A stretch of DNA of 64,000 bases from Selaginella moellendorffii (taxonomy: Eukaryota > Plantae > Lycopodiophyta). A program made the translations under genes and the position numbers. This document shows positions 11,440-25,599 of this stretch, piece by piece. The DNA lies in the NCBI RefSeq assembly GCF_000143415.4, contig NW_003314299.1:1552559-1616558 (forward strand), written 5' to 3'. The notes under the pieces are model-generated. The model was not told where the DNA came from, ran no database searches, and saw only the letters and a program-made list of their open reading frames with translations. Numbering within the stretch: the first letter of the stretch is position 1; each line of letters starts with the position of its first letter.

Positions 11440-12920
11440 TTAATGAATTAAAAATCATCATTAATTTCACTTGGATATTTATAAAATCACCATTTTAGTC
11501 ATTAAAAAAACTAAACTAAGCTAAAAGATATGTCAGAATTATTATTATTACTAAACTAGCAATAAAGACTACACAGTTAAAAAGTTATTAACATTATATT
11601 GAAAAAGCCTAAATAATTTGAGAACTTTTAATACATTAATATGATTGCATAAACATAATTTGAAATAAAAAATTGGCTCTAGGCTTTAAAACTTCAATCA
11701 CATTATAAAAGAAGAAAGAACATCTGATTTGTTGAGAAATTAAAGAGTAAAACAAATATAAATAACTATTCAAAATAATATAAATATTACAGTCTAAATA
11801 ATTATTTGGAAGAAATTAATATAGAGGAAGAAGGTGATGAATCACTCATACTTTTATGTGCTAAAAGAAAATTTAAAACTTACATAACTATTTGATAATC
11901 TAAAATGGAATATAAAGCTGTTACTCTTCTAAATATATAAGAATAATATTCTTAGAATATGATTTCTTTAATTTAATGGCTTTATCTTAAACTTTTAAAT
12001 TTGGTTTATAATTAATCTTTAATAAAAATTATGAGAATCTTCATATCTCTTATAAATATGTTTGTGGGTGTTGAAAGTTACCAATTAGCGAATTCTTTTA
12101 GATATTATTTCTTTATTGCCATGATGTATGATACACCAAAAAAACTATGCTATTTCTGTATAGCGTGCATAATAAATATCTTTTAGTGCACAAATAAATT
12201 CTCATTTCCTTTTCTAAAGGATGTCCTTGACGAGAATTTACTTATAAGTTTTGAGTTTTGAAAATCAAATGCACAAAATACATCTATGGAATAATTGTCC
12301 GGGGTGAGACACTCTATATTATTGTTAGACCTTTTTTCAGTCTCCACCTAAATTAATTAAGAAACTAATCTTTGTGTGTGTTCTTATTTAAAAGAGCATA
12401 AAGACAAAATTTTTAAGTGTTATTAGTACAACATATTTGACTTAGTTAGAGAAACACATTTGTTGATTTGCACAGATTAATGAACTAAAAATAATCATAA
12501 ATTTCCCTTGGCTATTTATAAAATCACCATTTTAGTCACCAAAAATACTAAATTAAACTAAAAGATATGTTAAATATACTATTTATACTAAAGTACCAAT
12601 AAAGAATACATAATTAAAAAACTATTAACATTATATTGCAAAAGCTTAAATAATCTGAGAAATTTTCATGCACTAATATGATTGCATAAATATGATTTAA
12701 AGCAAAAAATTAGCTCCAAGCTCAAAAAATTCAAAATTTAGGTAATATGAAACTTCTAATATCATGTTATAAAAGAAAGAACATCTAATTTGTTGAGAAA
12801 TTAGAGAGTAATAAGCAAAAATAGGCAACTTTTCAAAGTAAAATAATTATTACAGTTTAAATAATTATTTAGAAAACATTTATATAAAGGAGAAAGATAA
12901 TGAATCACTTATACTTTTTT
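11440..12920 (+). repeat. Diverged ~430-bp direct duplication (11440-11875 vs 12478-12920) in an AT-rich island
   Basis: Shared blocks include TATTTATAAAATCACCATTTTAGTCA, TAATATGATTGCATAAA, TTTGTTGAGAAATT and ATGAATCACT. Confidence 0.75.
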
Positions 12921-14068
12921 GCTATTCCAAAACTTCTTGATTCTCATTTTCTTCTTCTATAATTATTTTTCTTCAATTTTTCTCATTTTCTCCTTTCTGC
13001 CCCAATAGTTCGAACTTTTTTGTTTTCAGAGGAAAGGGTAAAGGGGACAAATGGGAGTCCGGCCCCGAAAATAAAGTGAAAACAAGTGAATACAATATTA
13101 GAGCAAAGATGAATGATATAATTGTGGAGTGAAGATGAGCATAATAAGTTTGAATAGAACATCTAACCCCAATGTAGTGAGACCAAACAAATGCGATAAT
13201 GAAGTGAGGCCGAAAATAAATGGCAAAGTGAAAACAAATGCAACAAATCTAAACAGAGCTAATGTTTTAGAATTTTTTTTCCTTCAAGGAGGGGATAAAG
13301 AGGATGTGAAGGATAAACAAAATAAGTCCAACTTCCTATATGTAGTGCTGAATTAGGATAATGGTTTGTACTTATGATTTTAAGTTTGAGTTAATAGTTG
13401 TTTTGAAGGATCGTCAACATGCAAACTTAGAAATATGATGTATTGTTTATTACAATGGTGCTTTATAGACTATAATAACTCTCAAAGTCCCTTACTTTGG
13501 TTCAAAGTTATAATTGTATGGTTGGTTTGAACATTTTGGAGTTATCTAAAGTTGCAACTGATTCACTAAGATTTTGTAATCGACTAATGTTTATGCTATT
13601 GCTTTCGGTTTTATTTCAGTCATGGTTATTAATAACTTTATTGATGGTATTGTGAGAGCTTTAGATTCTTGTAGAAATTTATAATTGCCTAATGGAAGCT
13701 CTAGATATTCCACTTGATTTAGTATCATTAGCCTTTATTAATGTGAGTGCTCTAAATATAAGAATAGATGTATTAGGAGTTTAAACCTATGTTTATATAC
13801 AAGAATGGATGGACAAAATTCAATTCTAAATAGACAGTCTATAGGCTTTAATATTATATTTAATGTATTATTTAGGTAAGGTAATACATGTATATACATA
13901 TATATATTTACAAACTTTACAGTGGCAAAATTTTAGATAAAAATTTATTGTTGCAATAAATAATAGAGATTTCATCTTTAACTATTGTAAAATTACTTAT
14001 ACAAAATAAACTCATTATTAATTGTATTATTTTATTTTCTATGGTTTAGGGTTTCTAGCAGGGAAGAA

Positions 14069-15563
14069 ATGGGACGGGGAAAAACGATGCGACGCCAAGG
14101 GAGGGACAAGCGCTGCGCGTCGTCGCTCGTGTAAGATTTCGTATGTTCTAGGCTGGATCTCTTACTTGCTCTCCGCAGAGACGAAGAATTCCAGCAGCCT
14201 ACGACGTCTGCCGCACCAGGCAAGTGTCCATTTCTTTGCGGTGCTCAAGATTTGTGTGGGCTTAAGATCCCGAGGATGATGCGGGGAAGAAGAAGAAATT
14301 CCCATTCCCTCTTGCTATGTGGGTAAGATTGCGTCTTTCTTTCATTCTTTTTCCTCAACTTACTTGACTTTAAGGACTTTGAGCAATGCGACCCGAGAAA
14401 ATGTACTGGGAAAAAACTCTCTCGTTTTGGCTATGTCAAGGTGATGGCTTCTGTCATTCCCATGCGATGTTTGGTTTTTCTTATAAGTTTTTCTTCTTCT
14501 TCCTCGCTCTAGGAACTTCGTGTACATCAAAGATTTGCTGGTGTGGTTTTGAGGTGAGCACCGCAGCAGTTTTTGCTTTCCTTCTTTGCGAAATTCTTTG
14601 CGTGGTACTGAAACTTTTCGAGCAGTCCTGTGGGGCAAAAATGTATATCACAGGAGGATGCAGCACTGGTCGAGGAGCGTGGTCTTGCGGTTATAGATTG
14701 TTCTTGGGCCAAGCTCGAGGCCGTGCCTTTTGGCCACCTTCGAAGTGGCTCAGCCCGTTTATGTAAGTTATTTCCTCTCTTTGTTCTCCAGATTTTTTCT
14801 TTTTCTTGTACATGCAGTGCCATGGCTTGTTGCTGCCAATCCAACAAATTATGGCCGGCCTTGCAAGCTATCGTGCGTAGAAGCTCTTACCGCGGCACTG
14901 GTTATTTGGTACGCCTCCCTTTAAAAAAAAATTAGATAACTCGCGCTAATAGGATGCATGCAGTGGAAAAGAAGAGCTGGGGACAGAGCTTCTGAGCAAG
15001 TTCAAATGGGGCCATGGGTTTCTGTCGCTCAACAGGTTCCATCTCTCGAGTCTTGACTCATTCAAATGGAATTCGATTTTAATTCTCTTTCTGTTCCTTT
15101 TTGTTTTTCTTGCAGCAAGCTTCTCAAACAGTATGCAAAGTGTAAAAACAGTGGAGAGGTCGTGGCAGTACAGAATAGCTGGCTTAGCAGCTCCGAGAAA
15201 TCAGGTCTGCAAATCTCTCTCTTTCTCCTGCTGAAGGATAACCCCCTGCTTTCATCCAGAGAAAAGCCAAGAACAAGATCAAGAGCAAAGCAGCGACAAT
15301 GACGACGAGCTCCCACCTCTTCACAGAAACATGAACCGCGTCGACTCCGATGAAGAACCGGACACCGAGAACGAGACAAGGGACGACGAAAACGAAGATG
15401 CAAACAAAGCAACTAAGCACATTTCCTTACAGTGGCAGAGCCTCTCTGTATCGGAGGAGGTAACGTTTTTTCGTTTGCTTTCTCCCTTTCTCGTCAGAGA
15501 CTCACGTGTTTGTGTACTTAGGACGCGAGCAAAGAGACAAAAGCGCCAGGCCACTGCTCATAA
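14069..15563 (+). CDS. TSR3: 18S rRNA aminocarboxypropyltransferase Tsr3, multi-exon
   Basis: Spliced [54 protein letters not shown] and [11 protein letters not shown], plus an acidic tail. The end of the last exon is approximate. Confidence 0.93.
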
Positions 15564-15631
15564 AAATTCGGGGCGACAAAAGATCCAGGTGATCTTGTTT
15601 ATTCAGACATTCATGATTGTAGCGAAGATCT

Positions 15632-16048
15632 TCAGGAAGCATACGTGAGCTCTCGCACAAACTGAGGACACTGGATGCGAGAGTAAGGTATGCTCCGGGA
15701 ATCAGCGCCAGGCTCGTTGTAAATTCCAACGTACGCAGCACCACATGAGTTTACTCTGGTGAGTTTCCTCGAACGCGAAGAAGTGCTGCTTGATCGCTTG
15801 ATCTCCTCTCCCGGTTTTACTGCTGCTGCTGCTGCTGCCGGTGGCGATTCCCTCGACTTGAAACGAGTGAACTTGGCGCGGATTTTCTTCTTCCAAGAGC
15901 ACTTGGCGCGGATTTTCTTCTTCCAAGAGCACGGGAACAGACCTTTGGGCCACCACGCTCTCCATCGAAACTCCATTCTTCTCAAGCTCGACTTGTGGCG
16001 ATTCCGATAGCTTATCATTGTCACTTCTTGTTGCGCGTCTGCTTCCAT
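15632..16048 (-). CDS. Hypothetical small basic protein (138 aa)
   Basis: Intronless ORF from ATG 16048 in GC-rich sequence, with an in-frame 30-nt tandem duplication (CSWKKKIRAK x2). No family recognised. Confidence 0.45.
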   Translation of the reverse strand: MEADAQQEVTMISYRNRHKSSLRRMEFRWRAWWPKGLFPCSWKKKIRAKCSWKKKIRAKFTRFKSRESPPAAAAAAVKPGEEIKRSSSTSSRSRKLTRVNSCGAAYVGIYNEPGADSRSIPYSRIQCPQFVRELTYAS

Positions 16049-16223
16049 CCTACCTCCCTCCCTTCGCTTTCGAGTATAAAAACTAGAAAAAAACCTTCCT
16101 TTGCACTCTAAGTAAGCATTACAATCAAATTTTACGCAAAACACAATACAAAGCAAACTAAAGTAACTAAATTTGATTTAATAATAAAAATAAAATGTTC
16201 TTTAAAACTTGCAAAATTAAAAA

Positions 16224-16296
16224 TTCCGTTGCCGGGAATTGAACCCGGGTCTCTCGGGTGAGAGCCGAGTATCCTGACCGACTAGACTACAACGGA
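16224..16296 (-). tRNA. tRNA-Glu(CTC)
   Basis: Reverse complement is TCCGTTGTAGTCTAGTCGGTCAGGATACTCGGCTCTCACCCGAGAGACCCGGGTTCAATTCCCGGCAACGGAA, followed by a T-run. Confidence 0.97.
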
Positions 16297-16601
16297 TATT
16301 CACATGAAGCATCTCTTCATCCAGCTTCAAGCAAGTCATTCCTTTCGTCGAAGATAAATCAAATACGTAAAATTACGCAAAGAGTGGAGAAAGTGTGCAA
16401 GTCTCGATATATAACTTATATCATCGTACTTTCTCTCAAACTTTGCAAACAAAAGCTTTTGCTGCTGGAAGAACAAGAGTAGAAAAATAACGAGAGAGGG
16501 ACGAGAAAGAGCACCACCCCAGCTATAGAAGAAGACGATATCTCCGCCAAGAGCCTCGAAAGCCAAGCGGCGGTTGTTTTTTAGCAGCGCTTACTACTTC
16601 T

Positions 16602-18667
16602 TCACGACTTTGCCACCGCTACCGCCTTGGCTGCTACTTGCGCTTCGGTCAATGGTAAGTAGTATATGTTGGGCTTGGCGCTCGTCTTCTTGAACAGATC
16701 ATCGAGAGTAACCATCGTCTCAGCCTCTGCAATGGAGAACGATGCTCGTTAGACGAGAAAGAAGAACGAAAAGAACAAGAATCGAAGAGGAGCTCACCTC
16801 GCTTTGGTGGTGGTGCTGGCTTTTCCTTGTGCGCTGGTGGAGCTACAGGCGACACCGGCGTGTGTGGAGACGGGAAAGCTGATCCCCCAGTAGTGCATCC
16901 CCGAGGGATGGTCACGGTAGGCTTGTCATTGCTGCCACTCTCAACCTTGAGCTTCACCTCCTCAGGCTCTACAAACTCTGCCACTAGCTGTTTCCCCCCT
17001 ATCACAGGCCACTTCAGATTGTGCAGAGCATTTCTTGTAGCTACTGCTTCGTCTACAGAGGAGTACTGCAAGAATGGAGAAACAAAAACGTAAGCACAAA
17101 CTCCAGGGGAAAAAACCAATGCACACGCATACCGTGACATAACAGTGCGTTTTGATCTGATCCATCCAAAAATCTGTAAAGTTGCCTGTGTCTGCAAGAA
17201 GATCTTTCAACGCCTTGAGGGTAAAAGGGCGCACAAACCTGTCAATTCTCAAAGATGTTGTGGGATTCTTATCTGAAGGTGACACTGCAAAGAACCGGGA
17301 GTGACTAAGTATTGTATTGCTGCGAAAACGAAGACACTTACCAATACGTCCGTTGTTGGCTGCGTCTGATAGAGGAGACACAACTGATCGGGCTGGTCTG
17401 TCAGCTAAAGGCCTAGTACCGACGGAATTACCACCTGCAAGATTAGAACCATCGTTAACAATCAAGTCTGGCGATACTTTAGGCCTTGTCTCAACATCTG
17501 CCCCCATATTTTTCCCTGAATTCCACCTGCGCTGCCTCTTGCTCTGATCTACTTGCTGTTCACCATCTGCAAAGAAAAAGAAAAATGAGTGACACACATT
17601 CACGACAGAAAAGAAACATTCAGGCACTTACTATCTTTTCTCTTCAGTCCCGCCTGGGCCTCAGCATCGACATCCATGGCTTTCGAATCACCATCCACAT
17701 TATCCATACTCTCCTTTTCACTGTCCTTGATCTTCAGGTCTTCCTCCACACTGTCCCTGTCCTTGGAGTCTTCCTTGTCATCTTTCATCGCTTCGACGAC
17801 AATCTCTTTCTCATCCTCCACCGCGTCTTTCAGGTCTTCGACGGCCTCGTTCATATCCTTCAAGGCCTCCAGAGTCTCATCCTGAAGGACGCTTTCGTTC
17901 TTCAAGTCCTCCACACTGGCTATCTCCTTCAAGCCTTCGTGCAGCACATTCTGGGTGGCGGCAAGGACATCCTCCACACTCTCGGCCTTTGCCTCGACAT
18001 CCACTTTGATAACCACCTCTTCAGTCTTCTCCACGACTACAAAGCTCTCACCTTTAGCAAGCTCTTCCACCACGGGCTCTCCTTCGAGCTTAATCCCCTC
18101 TTCCAGCCCTGTGGGAGTAAGAAACTCGGCTGCCACAGCCCCTCCTTCGAGCTTAGCTTCCTCCTCCAGCATAGGAGCGGCCATGGATGGCATCTCCTCC
18201 ACGACCTTGATGGTCGTCTCTTCCACAGTCACCACAGACTCCACCATCGTCTCCTCGGGAGCCGGCTGGTTCAAGTTCGTGACATGGACAGTCTCTTCCA
18301 CCACCGTCTCCTTCACGAAAGAATCCATCTCACCCACATTGGAAACCTCGTCAGTCGTGGTGGTGACAAGAGTCTCTTCCAGCACAGAAACCGTCTCCTC
18401 TGCCACTGGAGCCGGAACGTCCATCTCCTCCTCCGCCACTGGAGGCGGAACTTCAATCTCCTCCTGCGCGGCCTTCACCGCAATCGCTTCCTCCTGCTGC
18501 TGGGCTTGGGCCTGAGCGCGAGCCATCGCCTCCGCCCTGACATTCTCATCCCGCAGCGCGGATTCCAGCCGCTCCACCAGCTCCTTCTTGAGCCCCTTGG
18601 GGCTCAAGCCGCGCCTTTTCAGCTCCTCCTTGAGCTCGGTCACCTTGAGCTGCTCGGGCGTCTTCAT
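16602..18667 (-). CDS. ACINUS: ACINUS-like SAP/RRM splicing factor (ASAP complex), multi-exon
   Basis: SAP domain LKVTELKEELKRRGLSPKGLKKELVERL, an acidic linker, RRM SLRIDRFVRPFTLKAL...FWMDQIKTHCYV, and RSB motif TLDDLFKKTSAKPNIYYLPLT. Confidence 0.93.
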
Positions 18668-19262
18668 GCTCGCTCGATCGCTTGCCGCCTCTCTTTTTCC
18701 GCCCTAAAGAAGCGCTGGATCGAGGCGCCGGATCAATGCGTCTACCTCTGGAGCGCCGATTCTTGCCTGCCGGATTCGCGTCGCCGCCCAGCTCCTCGCA
18801 CTCCTCACCTCAAACCCTAGGCGCTCATGGGAAATTAGGTCAAGAATCGGCAAGGCCCACTGCCCTTAAAGCATGCCATTTCCACTGCGACTTTCGCAAA
18901 GGTGTCCTTAACTAAGGAAGCGAAGATAAACGGCCATCAAGAAAGGATTGCTATTCCATATTCCTGGGAGAGAGAGAAAAAAGAGAGACCTTGGAACACC
19001 TACATTAAAATTTCTTCTCCAGCGATACCCTGTTGTAAGCTTTTTCCTTTGTTCGTCCGTAAAATCCGATGCTCTCTATAAGATCACGACCACCACCACC
19101 ACCACCACCATCACTGGCTCTTCCAGATACCAAAAGATCTTTTTTTTCTTTTTTGCTGCTGTTGCTGCTGTCCTTGCTTTATCGAATCGCTCAAACCATC
19201 GTCGTCACTTCACTTCAATCTCTGCTGCTAAGTACTGCTGCGCACTGCTGCTGCTGCTGCTG

Positions 19263-21326
<2,064 letters not shown>

Positions 21327-22689
21327 CACTAGAATCCCTCCAAAACACCCAGATTCCTTGCTCGCCAGCTACAACGCCCCCCTGTTACTACCAATCCCTG
21401 ATCGATCCGGGTGCCCCATTGCCGGCTTATCCCCCGTGAGCTAGAGATCCGGCCGCAATGCTTCTCCCAGCCAATGCAACCAGCTTGTCTGTGGTAGCCT
21501 CATCGAGAATGAGACAAATATCACAGCTGGAGCTTTAGTACCAGTGTGTCAGATCACTTCCCCTTCTCAAACCCTAAGCTCCTGGAGCCAAGCGCGTTGC
21601 AATCCCCGATCCAGCCGAAATATGTGAGATCATCACCCGACTCCTCCAAATCCGCCCCCGCGGCAGCGATTTCATATCCAGGAACCTCCTCCTGCTCCTC
21701 GCGAGCGATGGAATGCATCGACCGAATCCATACCTGTCGATGGAATCCCTGCTCGCCGCAGCTGAGTTCTCGCGCCAGCGCCTAAGCAGCGCCGGATTAT
21801 TGCCTCTCCCCTCCCCCTGCCGCGGCAATAAACCCTACTCCGCCATAGCAAGCACAGTGTATGGAGATTGAGAGAGGAGAGAGAGCGAGAAAGAGAGAGA
21901 AGGGAGGAGAGAGAGGGGGGGACAAGTGAAAAACATTAAATGAATGAGTGAAAATGGCCGTAACGATCATTAGCTGGACATTTCGAGGACCGTCCACGCT
22001 TTCAATCGGCTCGTCATTCCGCATCGCGGGCCACATTCCCCTGCCATTCCGGTGCGGAAGACATCGGCAGCAACATTCCGGATCGCCACGGAATCTTACG
22101 CCGTATGACATCACCGCGAGAACGCGGCGGCATATTCCGGCGGTATTGTGCCAGATTTTAAATCGGGCATTGTCCACGTGGAAAGCTATCAGTGGCGAAA
22201 GTGTGCCACGTCGGCAGGGGCTGTCGGAAGAGACGGGCTATTTGGGCGTGTGAGTGTGAAAAGAGGTTGTCAGGCCGGCCACGTGCCCCTGCCCGGATGC
22301 CTGGCTGGCAGGCTGCCCGCCGGGCTGGCCACGACGACCCTTCTTACCTTGTTGACTGGGCATTTTGCGACCATGTGCAAGCATATGCCGATCAAAATGC
22401 GCAGTACAGTGGTATTCAATGTGTAAAAAATTGGCTAAGGGCATTTTCACTCAAGCAACTGGATAGATAGACTATTTTACTGGATATGTAAGAGTATTTT
22501 ACACTATGGCAATTATATTTATAATAGGAAATGACAGTCTCATTTCATAATAACAAAATGATAAGTTTACTTTTAACTCACTCATAATAAAATGGTGAAG
22601 CAAACTACTCTCGGGATTTGCTCAAAGGTAGTTCTCGCATTTTCTATCTGACCTATCGTCCATAGCTGATAGGAGTGAATCCTCCGATA

Positions 22690-23100
22690 CAGGGTTCAGC
22701 TGTGGCACGGCATTCGTGGGATTTCATGCTGCATCTTCTGCAAGAGCGTTAGAGCTGGGAAACTGTCCTGGGGCAAAGAAAATTTACGACCAAATGACAT
22801 ATGCCCAGATCGGGCATATCGAAGAATCCAAAAAGGTCTTGTGAGGAAAGCCCTACGCCTGGGCAGTTTTTTGGACTTTGCTTGCTGTGTATGCCCGGAG
22901 CAGGAGCACCAAAGCCGCCAAGAAAACTTTTGAGTAAGAGATCTCGGAGCCTCGAAGATCTTGGAAGCTTGGTTTCCTATAAGACCTATCTCCCAAGGCC
23001 AGGGAGCTCCACGCTGCCTGTGGCAGTATAGGGACGCTGGAGCTTGGTTTCGGGAGCAAACGGCATGGTGGAGATACATGTTATTTTAACTTAATCTACA
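22690..23100 (+). pseudogene. Degenerate PPR-like relic
   Basis: Broken frames contain LELGNCPGAKKIYDQM, YAQIGHIEESKKV and VFWTLLAVYARSRSTKAAKKTFE. Confidence 0.4.
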
Positions 23101-24003
23101 CACACCACTTGTGCATGGTCGATCTCCTCGGCCCATTTCCACAACGAAAAGGATAATTTTTGGGAGGCACAACAGCATATCTCTCTTCTTGCAACTCATG
23201 AGCACCTTGCATGAGAGGTAGTTTGTGCCGCCCAAAGTCGGGGAATGATTGAAGGCGTGGAGGTATTTTTACAAAGGCATTAGTAGACCGGTGGTTCTAG
23301 AAGAACGAGGTGGCAAGGAGATGCGCAAAGATACCCAAATGATTGTCTGGGGGATTTGGGTGCGGGCATTTGCGGTTGGAGCGCTGGAATGGGCGGAATT
23401 ACGAATGTGACTGAAGCGCTAGTATAAGGTTTTTTGAGGTTTAAGCTGTGAGTTACCTAGAGAACTTTGGGTTGCGAGGGTGGGATTTCTCCAAGGCGTG
23501 GTAGTGTGAGACTTCCCAGCTAAACGCAAAAAGAATTCCAATGAAAACTCCGAAAGAGAGTTCAGTCATGCTTAAGGATTTCATGTCTCGCCCACACGGT
23601 GGATGTTTTTCAGCCGAAGATTAGTGCGTAGTTGTGCCTTTGGCCGATGCTTTGCATAACCCGGAGAATTTGCCACACGTGGACTAGGTGACACGTTCAA
23701 TCGTAGGGGGCACAAGTTAGGGTGCCGAAATATAGTGAAAAATATATAATTTCTGGACATGAACTAGAGTATAAATGTTGTAGTAAAAGGTTATGAAATA
23801 GGACTCTTTAGTTAGAAAAAACAAATTTTGGTCCTCAATCTAGTAGAGAGGTAGAAGAGTCACAAAGGAGGACTAGCCTGGTATATCTGGGAGATCAGGG
23901 CTTACATGTGTGCGGGATTTCATGAACTTCAGGGGGATAGAGGTTCTGGTGTCAGGAACCTGATCTAAAGTTCAGATCTCCAGCAAATAGTTCCAAGAAA
24001 TCT

Positions 24004-24246
24004 ATGCTGCATCGGTATCAAAGCCCTCTGGACACACATACAGTGGGAATTCTGCCTAAGTTCAGCGGTGAATTGGATAGAGACCCTCAGCTGCATGTGG
24101 AGACTGCTAAGTCGTTCTTAGTGGTGATGGCAATTCACATTTTCCATACTTCCAGTTGTCTCTTTCAGGACAGGCACTCTTTTGGCAGCTCACTATTACG
24201 CAACAATATGCATTTCAATTCAACACATTCACAAAACTTTTCTTGA
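24004..24246 (+). mobile_element. Ty3/gypsy gag fragment
   Basis: LPKFSGELDRDPQLHVETAKSFL resembles the LPKFSG..DP..H gag N-terminal motif. Confidence 0.5.
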
Positions 24247-24731
24247 CTTATTTTGAACCACCAATAGTGAACTTGACCACTAACAAATAGTTCATGTTAG
24301 AATAGGTTATCTACAGCTAAACCATATTCAAAGGTCAATATCCTATTTCATTCTCTCTTTTTGAAACATTGGTGTATTTTTTGCTTGAATCATTTGCATG
24401 ATTCATAGTTAATTTTTTTTTCATTTATTTGTTAAATCCTCCTCATGATGACATTTGTATAGAAGCAATAGATAAATTTGATATCATTAGTAGTTTTTTG
24501 AGTTGGAAACAAAACTCAAGAAGAAATGAACTTATGGATTACATTGGGTTTTATATTGCTTACATCATAAAAAGAAAGAAGGCAAAAATTAAGAAAAGTG
24601 TTTTAAGAAACAAGACCAACTAATCAAGTGATTATAATTGACAATAGTTCAAAGATGATTTGGTAAAGGAGATTTAAAATGTATTTTCTGTGGAAAAATG
24701 AATTATATACCCTATTATATGCATTATATAA

Positions 24732-25187
24732 AGGGAGAACCAAGGTTTGGTAAACCCTAAGAAAAAGACCAAAATGACCAAAGAGTGGGCTAAATATCAT
24801 TGTGTATGATCATTCCCTGATGACGGGAGGATTGCTAGGTCAGGATAATAGAATAAAAAAAGGGCTCTACAATCAAGTGATCACCTTTTTAGTTAGTTGA
24901 TTTAGGTTGTAAAGGATAGAATTTTAATATTGGTATTAGAGCTTAGTGGCTGACAAGTGGAGTAAAAATATTTTAAAGGAATATTCAATATAGTGGATCT
25001 AGAGGGAGAACCAAAGATTGTCTAAACCTAAAAGAAGGCCAAAAGGTGGCCTAAATATGATTGTCCAGATGATCATTCCTTGACAAAGGGAGGATTGTTA
25101 TGCACCACATCAGGATAATAGAACAAAGAAAGGGCCCTACAATCAAGTGATCACCCCTTTAATGGTGTAAGGAATAAGATCTTAGCA
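24732..25187 (+). mobile_element. Tandem TRIM (terminal-repeat retrotransposon in miniature)
   Basis: Layout: partial internal + PPT GGGAGGA, LTR ~24833-24929, PBS TGGTATTAGAGC (24931-24942), ~165-bp internal, PPT AAAGGGAGGA, LTR 25096-25187 (TG..CA). Confidence 0.7.
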
Positions 25188-25599
25188 TTTAAAATTTATT
25201 ATTTATTACTTTAATTATAATATAAAGTGTTTCATTACTTTTTACAAAATTTACTATAGTTGATTGCTAAACTATAATCTAAATTTATGAGATAAAACCC
25301 TTTATTACATCAAAGTTTTTTTTTCTATTCTTCTAATGACTCTTTGGAATATAACAATGTTAAACTATATATAACAAAAAATTCAATTCATAATTTAAGA
25401 GTTTTGATTTTTATAAGCTTTGTAGTAAAGGCAATATTTACAAGCTTCCACTACCTTGTCAAATATACAGGAATCTATATAATTTTGGTCATTATGTGGT
25501 AAATTTTATATATTTACAAGAGATGGAGAGGTAAGATTGAATTAATTAAATTAATAAATTGAAAATTTAATAAATTCTTATTACATTTATTAAATTAAT

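Noticed and set aside
17486-18820. 444-aa His/Leu-rich plus-strand ORF (likewise 57772-58734 and 49202-49897)
   Set aside because: Antisense shadows of ACINUS, the coiled-coil gene and Dof.
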